In this document: in pieces, positions 54,701-62,522 of the stretch
Layout of the letters: each line of letters opens with the position of its first letter
Position numbering within the stretch: the stretch's first letter is position 1
Assembly: GCA_028707065.1 (NCBI GenBank)
Contig: JAQTUZ010000004.1
Span: forward strand, 6,656-70,655
DNA: 64,000 nt
Direction: 5' to 3'
Origin: Patescibacteria group bacterium
Lineage (GTDB): Bacteria; Patescibacteriota; Patescibacteriia; Patescibacteriales; WJLG01
The notes under the pieces: model-generated
Told to the model about the DNA's origin: nothing
Databases searched by the model: none
The model's input: only the letters and a program-made list of their open reading frames with translations
Made by a program: the position numbers and the translations under genes

Positions 54701-57297
54701 CATATTCCCCCGGGCTGTATGTGCCTTTCAAGCAAACCGACCGGGAATTAAAAGTCGAGGTGACGCCGGATAAAGACAAATATCAGCCGGGAGGCGAGGT
54801 GAAGTTGGCTGTCAAAGTTACCGACAAATCCGGCAAGCCCGTGGCGGCGAGCGTCAATCTTAATCTGGTTGACGAGTCTTATTACGCGATCTATCCGGAA
54901 AACGTCGATGCCCTGGGAGGATTATACGGCAATCGGGTCGAGGACGGCGAGTTAGTGACTTATATTTCCAATCCGGCGCCGGCGCTTGGCGCCGAAGTCG
55001 CGGAAAGGGGCGGCTGTTTTCTCGCGGGCACCAAAATAACCATGGCCGACCGGTCGCTTAAAAATATCGAAGATGTTAAAATCGGCGACGAGGTGCTTAC
55101 CTTTACCAATGAAACGGCGCGGAGTTTGGTGGCGGGAAAAGTAACCAAGACCTATGTCCACGAAGTCGGCGAGTATTTGATCATTAATGATAAATTAAAA
55201 ATCACTCCGATCCACCGCGTTTTCTTGAACGGCCAATGGCGGATGATCGGCGAAGCCAAGGTCGGCGACTGGCTTTTGGACGAGCAAGGCGAAAAAGTTA
55301 AGATTGCCAAGATCGAGGACCGCCGCGGTCTGTTCAAAGTTTATAATCTGACGATCGAGCCTTATCATACTTTTTTTGCCGAAGGTTTTTATGTCCATAA
55401 TGATAAAGGCGGCGGCGTGCGTTCGCTGTTCGTGGATACGGCCGTGTTTATGAACGTCAACACCGGCGCTGATGGCGCGGCAATCGCCGCCTTCAAGCTG
55501 CCGGATAATATCACTTCCTGGCGCGTGACCGCGCAAGCTTTAAGCGGCGATCTTTACGCCGGCGACAAGGTCATCAATCTCAAATCGTCTCTGCCGGCCT
55601 TCGTCAACACCACTTTCGCCAAAGAATATTTAACGGTCGATAAGCCGATCGTAAAAGTGCGGGCTTTCGGCGACGCGCTGCGCGATAATGATCCGGTGCA
55701 ATTCAAAATGGACGCGCCGACTTTGAATTTTTCGAGCACGACCGTCGGCCAGGCCTTTGTTGCTTCCTATTTTAAGCTCCCGCCATTGGCGATCGGCGAG
55801 CACTCGATCACCACGGCGATCAAAGCCGGCGGCAACCAGGACGCGGTTTTGGAAAAAGTGAAGGTGCTCGATACTCGTTTTAAAGAAACCAAAACCCAGT
55901 TCTATGAATTATCGCCGGGCCTTAAAGCGGCCGGGGCGCCCGATGGCCAGACTAATTTGATTTTCAGCGACAAAAACCAAGGCCGATTCTACGGCCAGCT
56001 TTCCTATTGTTTCTTTTGTTCGGGCGGCGATCGGGTCGATCAAAAATTGGCCCGGGTCGTATCGGCCGATCTCTTGAAGAAATATTTCGGCGAAGAACCC
56101 TTTAACCCGGAAACTTTTAACGGGGCGATGTATCAAACCGATGACGGCGGCGTCGCTTTGCTGCCCTATGCTTCTTCGGATTTTGAATTGTCAGCCAAGG
56201 TCGCTTTTGTCGCCGGAGATTATTTCGATAAGACCCGGCTGACCAATTATTTTTACAAGATTTTGACGGCCGATGATTCGACCCGCGAACAAGTCGGGGT
56301 TTCTCTTTTCGCCTTGAGCGGTTTGGGCGAACCGATCTTGTCGCCGGCGGAAAATTTCGCCGCGCTGCCCGATCTCACCGCTAAGGAAAAATTGTATATC
56401 GGCATTGCCCTGAATCATTTGGGCGACGCGGAAACGGCGCGCGCTATCTATTCGGCGGTAATAAAAGACAAAGGAGAAAAATTAGATCCTTATCTGCGGG
56501 TCAAAGTTTCGGATTCCAACGATGAGATTTTGGCGGCGACCTCGCTGGCGGCGATCTTGGCGGGCGGGCTCTTAATTCCCGATCATGAACAATTATGGAA
56601 TTACGCGGAAAGTAATTATACCCGGAATATCTCGATTGATCTGGAAAAGCTGGCCTATGTTTCCGAAACTTTGCCCAAACTTACTCCGGGCGAAGTATCC
56701 TTTACCATCAATCTGCCCGGAAGAAAAATCGACAAAACTCTCTCGCGCGGCGAAAGTTTCCGCCTGAAAATCGAACCGGCTGATCTGGGAGTGATTTCAT
56801 TCTCCAATATCAAAGGCCAGGTCGGCTTGACCAGTTCTTACCAGGCGCGCGAAGCCAATATCGCGCCTCGTGATGATTCTTATGTTTCCTTGCGGAGAGA
56901 ATACTATGTCAACGGCGTTAAGACCAATACCTTCAAAGAAAGCGACTTGGTGGAGATCAGGATGTACCCGTCCTTCAAACCCGGCGCCTTAAATTATGGT
57001 TATCAAATTACCGATCTGCTCCCTTCCGGGTTGAGCGTGATGACCAATCTTTATTCGCGCGGCATGAATTACTCCTGCAGCAATTATTATCCTTACGAAG
57101 TTAACGGGCAGACGGTTAAGTTCTCGATCTGGAAGGACTGGAATAAAGGTTCATATTGCCATACGGATTATTTCAGTTATTTCGCCCGCGTCGTTAATCC
57201 GGGCGAATACCGGGCCGAATCGGCCGTGATCCAGTCGTTCGAGGCAAGCACCGTCAAGAATTATTCCGGCGCGAATACGGTGTTGATCGAAAAATAA
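51724..57297 (+). CDS. membrane-anchored alpha-2-macroglobulin-like protein (1857 aa) with an inserted Hint domain
   Basis: Starts 4 nt after the sigma-factor stop. N-terminal ~80 aa, then a TM helix (AFVPAVAVFLIIAVGLSLTM). MG-type domains (FYTDRMTYQPGDTVSYWGFV; VEVTPDKDKYQPGGEVKLAVKVTDKSGKPVAASVNLNLVDESYYAI). A2M block (VRSLFVDTAVFMNV…FKLPDNITSWRVTAQA). I saw no CxEQ thioester motif. Confidence 0.8.
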   Translation: MEQELNPNQGQDLAGRNKEDEAALLKAEEKIKNLAFKDEPATPDFQENLQNRILAARHRHFSMSEFLNKLAKGLIFMFDTKAFVPAVAVFLIIAVGLSLTMPWLPRQAGVNNPWGKISQLVINPAYAQDNFSAEATISDSLGVGADTAFIIKSKEAIDEQTLRANITLQPTTEFSLTKIDDHTYQVIPAQALAAKKVYSLKIASAYVDQSGATVERDYSWAFQVKDIFKVLNSIPGNQANGVPLDAGIEVTFSNENFSNYEQAFKIEPAIAGRFEIHKRTLVFVPKALEAGMIYTVTINKDLLKVTGSEAKLAENYVIQFETDPAGKKRGEYSEFNFQNNFNEIYTERAPALAVNLYNIKQETFAVEVYAFSGADGFIAALEKSQKIPYWAQYNRAVYNTDVSALTKVSSFSIPLSPFGYNKYLVFPDKIAKGFYVVQVNINGVYLQTFMEVSDLTNYTTVTDTNTLVWLNNIKTKGPAAGAKVKIIGTDKQTVTGSDGTAVMPTSWLSAGTTSDRTYLLIDAGEKTIVPINFNYQNTAPTGVMPLSAASKFWYYFYTDRMTYQPGDTVSYWGFVKPREGVKSSSTVTIKLFGWQSYYDYYNDPVPLLQTAAQLDPNFTFTGKIDLGRLSAGYYYLEYFIGDQMIGSRGLNIENYVKPAYKVEANADQHAVFAGQTQSIAVKASFFEGTPVPNLALTDPNDNGQLKTNALGEAIKTFKVDPVSGDYGSNCNYFYPVASEEADISASACYTVFNYSVVPKGELVKTDGADQAKLQLNVKKVDIAKANVVGATEDQFLHEAAPGMPVTVSVTEISYQAVSTGQYYDFFNKIVRNTYRYNEIRNNIASAKGKTDSAGQYQYSFPIKPKNSYEVNVTIKDVNGQDINERYYIYYSQYNFDDQSDYYNLGFKDQKKTDFSLGEQVQIQYKNKDQLLPVAPGHYLFYRLFKGLVDYQIGGSAEYNFNFTDRFLPGVYVMGVYFDGETYHRPGSYGYWESYSPGLYVPFKQTDRELKVEVTPDKDKYQPGGEVKLAVKVTDKSGKPVAASVNLNLVDESYYAIYPENVDALGGLYGNRVEDGELVTYISNPAPALGAEVAERGGCFLAGTKITMADRSLKNIEDVKIGDEVLTFTNETARSLVAGKVTKTYVHEVGEYLIINDKLKITPIHRVFLNGQWRMIGEAKVGDWLLDEQGEKVKIAKIEDRRGLFKVYNLTIEPYHTFFAEGFYVHNDKGGGVRSLFVDTAVFMNVNTGADGAAIAAFKLPDNITSWRVTAQALSGDLYAGDKVINLKSSLPAFVNTTFAKEYLTVDKPIVKVRAFGDALRDNDPVQFKMDAPTLNFSSTTVGQAFVASYFKLPPLAIGEHSITTAIKAGGNQDAVLEKVKVLDTRFKETKTQFYELSPGLKAAGAPDGQTNLIFSDKNQGRFYGQLSYCFFCSGGDRVDQKLARVVSADLLKKYFGEEPFNPETFNGAMYQTDDGGVALLPYASSDFELSAKVAFVAGDYFDKTRLTNYFYKILTADDSTREQVGVSLFALSGLGEPILSPAENFAALPDLTAKEKLYIGIALNHLGDAETARAIYSAVIKDKGEKLDPYLRVKVSDSNDEILAATSLAAILAGGLLIPDHEQLWNYAESNYTRNISIDLEKLAYVSETLPKLTPGEVSFTINLPGRKIDKTLSRGESFRLKIEPADLGVISFSNIKGQVGLTSSYQAREANIAPRDDSYVSLRREYYVNGVKTNTFKESDLVEIRMYPSFKPGALNYGYQITDLLPSGLSVMTNLYSRGMNYSCSNYYPYEVNGQTVKFSIWKDWNKGSYCHTDYFSYFARVVNPGEYRAESAVIQSFEASTVKNYSGANTVLIEK
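55015..55401 (+). other. Hint / bacterial-intein-like (BIL) domain, 129 aa, no endonuclease
   Basis: CFLAGTKI (block A), ITPIH (block B TxxH), VYNLTIEPYHTFFAEG (block F), FYVHN (block G). The next residue is Asp. Confidence 0.8.
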
Positions 57298-57307
57298 ATC
57301 TTATCTT

Positions 57308-59266
57308 ATGGCGGGAAGAAGGATCATCATTTTAATTTTTGTTTTAGGCGCATCGGCGGTCATCTTGGCCGCCGGTGCGTTTGTATTGGAGAAAAAGAAT
57401 TTTTCCGCGGAAAAGGCGATCAGCCCGGATCGGCCGGCTAATGAAGCGGTGAATGAATCGGCGCATATTTTTCCTTATGATCGTAATCTTTTCAATTCAG
57501 CCATCAGTAAAAATTATCTTGAGCGAATGGCGACGAGCGGGCCGGTCATTGCCGGCCTGGTGCCGCATCATGAGTTGGCCGGGGATCTGGCCGCGGAATT
57601 TTTTTCCTCGCTGGCGCAAAAACAAAAAGTTAATAATTTCATTGTCATCGGACCCTTGCACTCGGATCAAGCGGTCGGCCCCGCGGTAAGCGGGCGGTTT
57701 ATCTGGGATGCCGGGTTTGGCCAGGTGGAAAATAATTATGAAATACTGGACGATCTGGTCGCGGCTCATTTGGTGGTTTATGACGAGAATGCGGTGCGGA
57801 GCGAGCACGCTCTTTATAATATGGCGCCGTTCATCGCCCATTATTTTCCGGAGGCGAAGATCGCGCCGATCGCCTTGACTTCGCGTAATTCTCCGGAACA
57901 ATGTTTCGCTTTGGCTCAGGCTCTGCAGAAATATCTGGCCCAAGGGGATACGGTGCTGGTCGCCTCGATCGATTTTTCCCATTATCTTCCGGCTGATCAA
58001 ACTCCGGCCAAAAATTTGCGAATGATCGAGTTGATAAAAAATAAGGATTACCAGACGATTGCCGGCCTGGCCAATGATTATTTGGATTCGCCCCCTTCGC
58101 TTATCACCTTGCTTAAGGCCGCTGATCTGTCGGATGCCGGCGTTAATATTTTAGCTTCGACCAATTCCGGAGAAATTACCGGGACGCCGGTTCTTTCTTC
58201 AACCAGCTATATCAGCGCCTTTTTTGCCGTCCCCCTCCTTTCAAATGAGTCTGTCCCCGCGAAGGCGGGGAAGGGGTCTGGGCCCGTCTCGGTTTTACCT
58301 ACAGCGTCCAGTAGTCCCTTGAAGCTGCTTTTTTTCGGCGACATTATGCTTGATCGCCAGGTCGGCGAAAAGATCAAGGCTTCGGGAAGCTTGGACTGGA
58401 TCTTCAAGGGCTTGAATTCGACCGGAATTTTTCAAGGCAATGATATTGTTTCCGCCAATCTGGAAGGCGCGGCCACTGATAATGGCGCGCATTATCCGCC
58501 GGCCTTGGTTTTTGATTTTGCTTTCGCGCCCAAGCTGGTCGGAGAGCTCGCGAAATATAATTTTAATTATTTTAATCTGGCCAATAATCATTTAGCCGAT
58601 CAGGGCAAAAATGGTATAATAGAGACAGAGAAAAATCTTACTGATCTGGGTTTTGTTTTTGCCGGCTGCCAGGATCGCCAAGTCGGCGACTGCACGGCCA
58701 AAATTGTGGAGAAAAGCGGCCGCCAGATCGGGTTGATCGGCGCGAGCATGGTTTATGGCGCGCTTGATGAAAACCGCCTGATCGCCGAAGTAAAAAAGCT
58801 GGCCAGTTCCACCGATTTAGTGGCGGTGCAAATACATTGGGGAACGGAATACAAGCACGAGGCGGCGGCCAACCAAACCGTTTTGGCGCGCAAATTGATC
58901 GATGCCGGCGCTGATATCATCATCGGCCATCATCCGCATGTGGTCGGCGGGGTGGAACTATATAAAAATAAGCCGATTTTTTATTCGCTGGGGAATTTCG
59001 TTTTTGATCAGTATTTTTCTCTTGATACGCAGGAAGAGTTGGGAGTGAGGATAGCCGTAACCACCCCCAAACCCCTCCTTGGAAAGGAGGGGGGCGAGGG
59101 GAAAAATTTCCAGATCGATCTTTTGCCGATCAAATCGGAAGCCGGACGCTTGCGCCTGATGAATAACGCGGAGAAAGATAAATTTTTGACCAAGCTGGCG
59201 GGCTGGTCGATCGGCGATAAAAATTTTTTGTCGGAAGTCGGAGCGGGTAAAATAGTTATTGAATAA
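57308..59266 (+). CDS. fusion protein: Memo-like (AmmeMemoRadiSam B-type) N-domain plus CapA/PGA_cap metallophosphatase C-domain
   Basis: N-terminal TM helix. Memo-like blocks are GLVPHHELAG and ASIDFSHYLP. CapA-like blocks are LLFFGDIMLDR, ANLEGA, NLANNHLADQG, GHHPHVVGG and YSLGNFVFDQ. Confidence 0.7.
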   Translation: MAGRRIIILIFVLGASAVILAAGAFVLEKKNFSAEKAISPDRPANEAVNESAHIFPYDRNLFNSAISKNYLERMATSGPVIAGLVPHHELAGDLAAEFFSSLAQKQKVNNFIVIGPLHSDQAVGPAVSGRFIWDAGFGQVENNYEILDDLVAAHLVVYDENAVRSEHALYNMAPFIAHYFPEAKIAPIALTSRNSPEQCFALAQALQKYLAQGDTVLVASIDFSHYLPADQTPAKNLRMIELIKNKDYQTIAGLANDYLDSPPSLITLLKAADLSDAGVNILASTNSGEITGTPVLSSTSYISAFFAVPLLSNESVPAKAGKGSGPVSVLPTASSSPLKLLFFGDIMLDRQVGEKIKASGSLDWIFKGLNSTGIFQGNDIVSANLEGAATDNGAHYPPALVFDFAFAPKLVGELAKYNFNYFNLANNHLADQGKNGIIETEKNLTDLGFVFAGCQDRQVGDCTAKIVEKSGRQIGLIGASMVYGALDENRLIAEVKKLASSTDLVAVQIHWGTEYKHEAAANQTVLARKLIDAGADIIIGHHPHVVGGVELYKNKPIFYSLGNFVFDQYFSLDTQEELGVRIAVTTPKPLLGKEGGEGKNFQIDLLPIKSEAGRLRLMNNAEKDKFLTKLAGWSIGDKNFLSEVGAGKIVIE

Positions 59267-59293
59267 ACAATAAAAGTTAATTTAAATATCAAG

Positions 59294-59860
59294 ATGAAAT
59301 TTTTTGAACCAAAAAGCCGGGGGGCGAATTTATTCCGCGATCTGGCGATTATTCTTTTTAGCATCATTATTACGATTTTGTTGATAAAAACCGGCGTCCT
59401 GAACACTTTATTGGCCGGAACTCAACAGGTAAAAATATTAGGAAGTTTTATCGCGGGAATGTTTTTTACTTCCATCTTCACGACCGCGCCGGCAACGATA
59501 ACTTTGGCGGAGCTCGCCCGCTCCAATTCTATTTGGCAGGTGGCGATTTTCGGGGGGATAGGGGCGACGATCGGGGATTTGGTTATTTTTCAATTTCTTA
59601 AAAATGAATTGGTCGAAGATTTTTCCGGCTTGGTTAAGAAGTACGGTTCGAAAAGAGTTATCGCGATCTTCCACCTGAAATTTTTGCGCTGGTTTTTTGC
59701 TTTTTTGGGAGCGCTGGTGATCGCCTCGCCCTTGCCCGATGAATTAGGGCTGGCAATGATGGGGGTGTCTAAGGTCAAAACCCGGGTCTTTATTCCTCTG
59801 TCTTTCGCGCTTAATACCTTGGGAATTTTGATTATCGGCCTGATCGCCAAATCATTATGA
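59294..59860 (+). CDS. membrane protein (4-5 TM helices)
   Basis: 188 aa and hydrophobic. Overlaps the next gene by 4 nt (ATGA). Confidence 0.55.
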   Translation: MKFFEPKSRGANLFRDLAIILFSIIITILLIKTGVLNTLLAGTQQVKILGSFIAGMFFTSIFTTAPATITLAELARSNSIWQVAIFGGIGATIGDLVIFQFLKNELVEDFSGLVKKYGSKRVIAIFHLKFLRWFFAFLGALVIASPLPDELGLAMMGVSKVKTRVFIPLSFALNTLGILIIGLIAKSL

Positions 59861-61005
59861 AAATATCCAAGAATTACTTTATGGCCGTGGCGGTTTTGGT
59901 CGGCGCGATTACCGGCGCCGGAGTTTTTGCCATGCCTTTTGTTTTGACTCATTCCGGTCTTTGGCCGTTTGTTTTTTGGTTTCCCATTTTGGTCGCGGTC
60001 CAATGCCTGATCCATCTTCTTTTTGCCAAAGTCATTTTGTCCACCAAGGGCTTGCACCGCGTTCCCGGCTACACGGAAATTTATGCCGGAAAGAATTGGA
60101 AAAAAATTGTTTCGATTTTTGCCGTAATCGGCGGCTGGGGCACGATCCTGGCCTATATAATTTTGGGCGGCGTCTTTTTTAATCAGTTTTTTTCCCCGCT
60201 GATCGGGGGCAGCCTTTTCACTAATTCGCTCATTTTTTTCGCCTTGGAAACTGTGGTGGTCATTGCCGGATTAAAGACGATCGCGGGATCGGAAATGATT
60301 TTTTCCTTTTTACTCCTTATTTTATTCGTGGTGCTGTCGGTCAAATGCTTCGGCCGGTTTGATCTGAGCAATTTTACGGCGGTCAATTGGGAGGATTTTT
60401 TTCTCCCTTATGGCGTGATTTTTTTCGCGATTGGCGGCGATGCGGCCATTCCGGAAGTGGTAAAACTTTTGGATAAGGAAAAGGAAAAAATAAAAAGCGC
60501 GATCTTGTGGGGGACGATCTTGCCCGCGGTTATGATGTTTATTTTTGTGATCGCCACGGTCGGGGCAATGGGCGCGTTGACTACCGCAGACGCTTTGTCT
60601 GGATTGAACAAATTTTTCGGCAATGGCTTTGTTTCCATCTCCCTGCTTTTCGGCTTAATTTGCATTGCCACTTCGTTCTGGGTATTTGCCCAAGCGGTGC
60701 GGGAAATATTCTGGTGGGACTTTAAGATCAATAAGTATTGGTCGCTGGTTTTAGCCGTCGGCGTTCCGCTGGCATTTTTTATTTTCGGCTTTACTAATTT
60801 GACGACAGTCGTTTCTCTTTCCGGCGCGATCACCAGCGGCGTTTTAGGAATTATTCTGATTTCTCTGACCGCGGCCGTGGACCGTGAGGGGCAAAAAAAA
60901 TCGCCCATCGCCATTAAAACTTCCCGGCCGTTGGCGATCGTTTTGTATTCTCTTTTCATTGTCGGGTTTTTGACCGAGCTGTGGACGATAATTTTTAAAT
61001 TATGA
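59857..61005 (+). CDS. amino-acid permease-like transporter (~11 TM helices)
   Basis: The N-terminus …AVAVLVGAITGAGVFAMPFV… is typical of amino acid/aromatic amino acid permease families. 382 aa and polytopic. Confidence 0.65.
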   Translation: MKISKNYFMAVAVLVGAITGAGVFAMPFVLTHSGLWPFVFWFPILVAVQCLIHLLFAKVILSTKGLHRVPGYTEIYAGKNWKKIVSIFAVIGGWGTILAYIILGGVFFNQFFSPLIGGSLFTNSLIFFALETVVVIAGLKTIAGSEMIFSFLLLILFVVLSVKCFGRFDLSNFTAVNWEDFFLPYGVIFFAIGGDAAIPEVVKLLDKEKEKIKSAILWGTILPAVMMFIFVIATVGAMGALTTADALSGLNKFFGNGFVSISLLFGLICIATSFWVFAQAVREIFWWDFKINKYWSLVLAVGVPLAFFIFGFTNLTTVVSLSGAITSGVLGIILISLTAAVDREGQKKSPIAIKTSRPLAIVLYSLFIVGFLTELWTIIFKL

Positions 61006-61571
61006 AAATCGCGGTAATTTCCGATCTTCACGATAATCTGGTCAACTTGAGAAAATGTCTCTCTTGGTGCGGGCAAAATAATATCGAGAAGCTGATCTGC
61101 TGCGGCGACGTGACCAACGCGGAGACGCTGGGAATTCTTTCCCGGGAATTTAAGGGAGAAATTTTTTTAGTCCGCGGCAATTTGGAGATCTACCAAGAAG
61201 AAGAAATCGAGCCTTATAAAAATTATACTTATGGCGGGCGGCTTGCCGGCCATAGCCTTGGCGACGGCCGGACGGCGATTTGGGAGATTGATGGAAAAAA
61301 AGTCGGCGTCTGCCATGAACCTTTTTTTATCAATCAAGTTTTAGCAAAAGCAAAATCCCCCCTCCTTTCTAAGGAGGGGTCTGGGGGTGGTTCTGCAAAG
61401 GCGGCGGACATCGTCTTTTACGGCCATACTCATAAGCCCTGGATCGAAGAAAAAGACCATGTTCAAATAGTGAATCCGGGAACTTTGGGCGGAGTCTTCA
61501 CTCAGCCGACTTTTGCTGCTTGGGATACCGTGAGTGGTAAACTGGAATTAAAATTGCTGAATAATCTCTAA
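61002..61571 (+). CDS. YfcE/MJ0936-type metallophosphoesterase
   Basis: MKIAVISDLHDN, CCGDV, VRGNLE and FYGHTHKP motifs. Carries a 14-aa insertion encoded by the GC-rich palindromic element. Confidence 0.8.
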   Translation: MKIAVISDLHDNLVNLRKCLSWCGQNNIEKLICCGDVTNAETLGILSREFKGEIFLVRGNLEIYQEEEIEPYKNYTYGGRLAGHSLGDGRTAIWEIDGKKVGVCHEPFFINQVLAKAKSPLLSKEGSGGGSAKAADIVFYGHTHKPWIEEKDHVQIVNPGTLGGVFTQPTFAAWDTVSGKLELKLLNNL

Positions 61572-61596
61572 TTTAAACTCCAAAATCTTCACTTAA

Positions 61597-62382
61597 ATGA
61601 ATATTGATCGGCAAATTAAACAAATCGCGATCAACGCGGCCAAACAGGCCGGTAAGGCTTTGAGCGCGGAATATTTCCGCTTCAATCGGGCCGACGTCCA
61701 GATGAAATCGCGCTTTGAAATTTTGACCCGGGCGGATCTTTTGAGCGAGGAAATTATTTTAAAAGAGATCAGGCGTAATTTTCCGCATCACCATATTTTG
61801 TCCGAAGAAACCGGCGATAATAAAGCGGTGTCGGATTATTTTTGGATCATTGATCCTTTGGACGGAACCACTAATTTTTTCATGCGCGATCCAATGTGGT
61901 CGATCTCGATTGCCTTGGCTTATCAAGGCGAATTGATCTTGGGGATTGTTTACGCGCCGATCTTGGGTGAATTTTATCTGGCCGAAAAGGGTGAGGGCGC
62001 AACCTTGAATGGTCGATCAATAAAAGTTTCCGATATCAGTAAAAATCAGGTAGTTAATTTGTTTTGTCATGGTCATAATGATCCGGCCATAAAAAAGGCC
62101 GTGAAATATTATACCTATCAGAAAATTCATGGTTTTGATTCTCGGCAGATAGGATCGGCCGCGCTGGAATTGGCTTATACTGCCGGAGGCCGGGTTGAAT
62201 CGATCTCGATTCCGGGCGCTGATCTTTATGACGTGGCTGCCGGCGTGCTTTTGGTCAAAGAAGCGGGCGGAAAAGTGACTGATTTGAAAAATAAGGAATG
62301 GACAATTGCCAGTCAGGACATGGTCGCTTCTAATGGCAAGGTCCATCAGGATGTTTTGGGTGTTTTTAAGAAAATCAGCTAA
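61597..62382 (+). CDS. suhB: inositol monophosphatase family protein
   Basis: ILSEETG…, WIIDPLDGTTNF, and the C-terminal WD-like block (…DVAAGVLLVKEAGG). Confidence 0.85.
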   Translation: MNIDRQIKQIAINAAKQAGKALSAEYFRFNRADVQMKSRFEILTRADLLSEEIILKEIRRNFPHHHILSEETGDNKAVSDYFWIIDPLDGTTNFFMRDPMWSISIALAYQGELILGIVYAPILGEFYLAEKGEGATLNGRSIKVSDISKNQVVNLFCHGHNDPAIKKAVKYYTYQKIHGFDSRQIGSAALELAYTAGGRVESISIPGADLYDVAAGVLLVKEAGGKVTDLKNKEWTIASQDMVASNGKVHQDVLGVFKKIS

Positions 62383-62396
62383 AGACCTTAAGGCTC

Positions 62397-62425
62397 TTGA
62401 CAGCTTTTTTGATTTGTAATATAAC
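62397..62425 (+). promoter_or_regulatory. sigma-70-like promoter (TTGACA-N17-TATAAC)
   Basis: Read directly, 15 nt after the suhB-like stop. Confidence 0.5.
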
Positions 62426-62429
62426 ACAA

Positions 62430-62522
62430 TTAAGTGGGTGAATTCCCTGTTTAATGGTGTTAGTCGAAGCAGTATGGGCTTTGCTCGAACGAAGCAATCG
62501 TTTTGGCAAAGCCCTTTTTTTT
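62430..62522 (+). ncRNA. candidate ~90-nt small RNA (promoter-to-terminator unit without an ORF)
   Basis: Bounded by the promoter at 62397-62425 and the terminator GGGCTTTGC-N21-GCAAAGCCC-TTTTTTTT (62476-62522). The loop contains CGAAGCAATCG, as does the terminator at 62854-62903. Confidence 0.35.

Noticed and set aside
55015-55401. Calling the Hint insertion a canonical (splicing) mini-intein.
   Set aside because: The +1 residue after the terminal His-Asn is Asp, not Cys/Ser/Thr. It is therefore reported as a BIL-type/Hint auto-processing domain rather than an intein.
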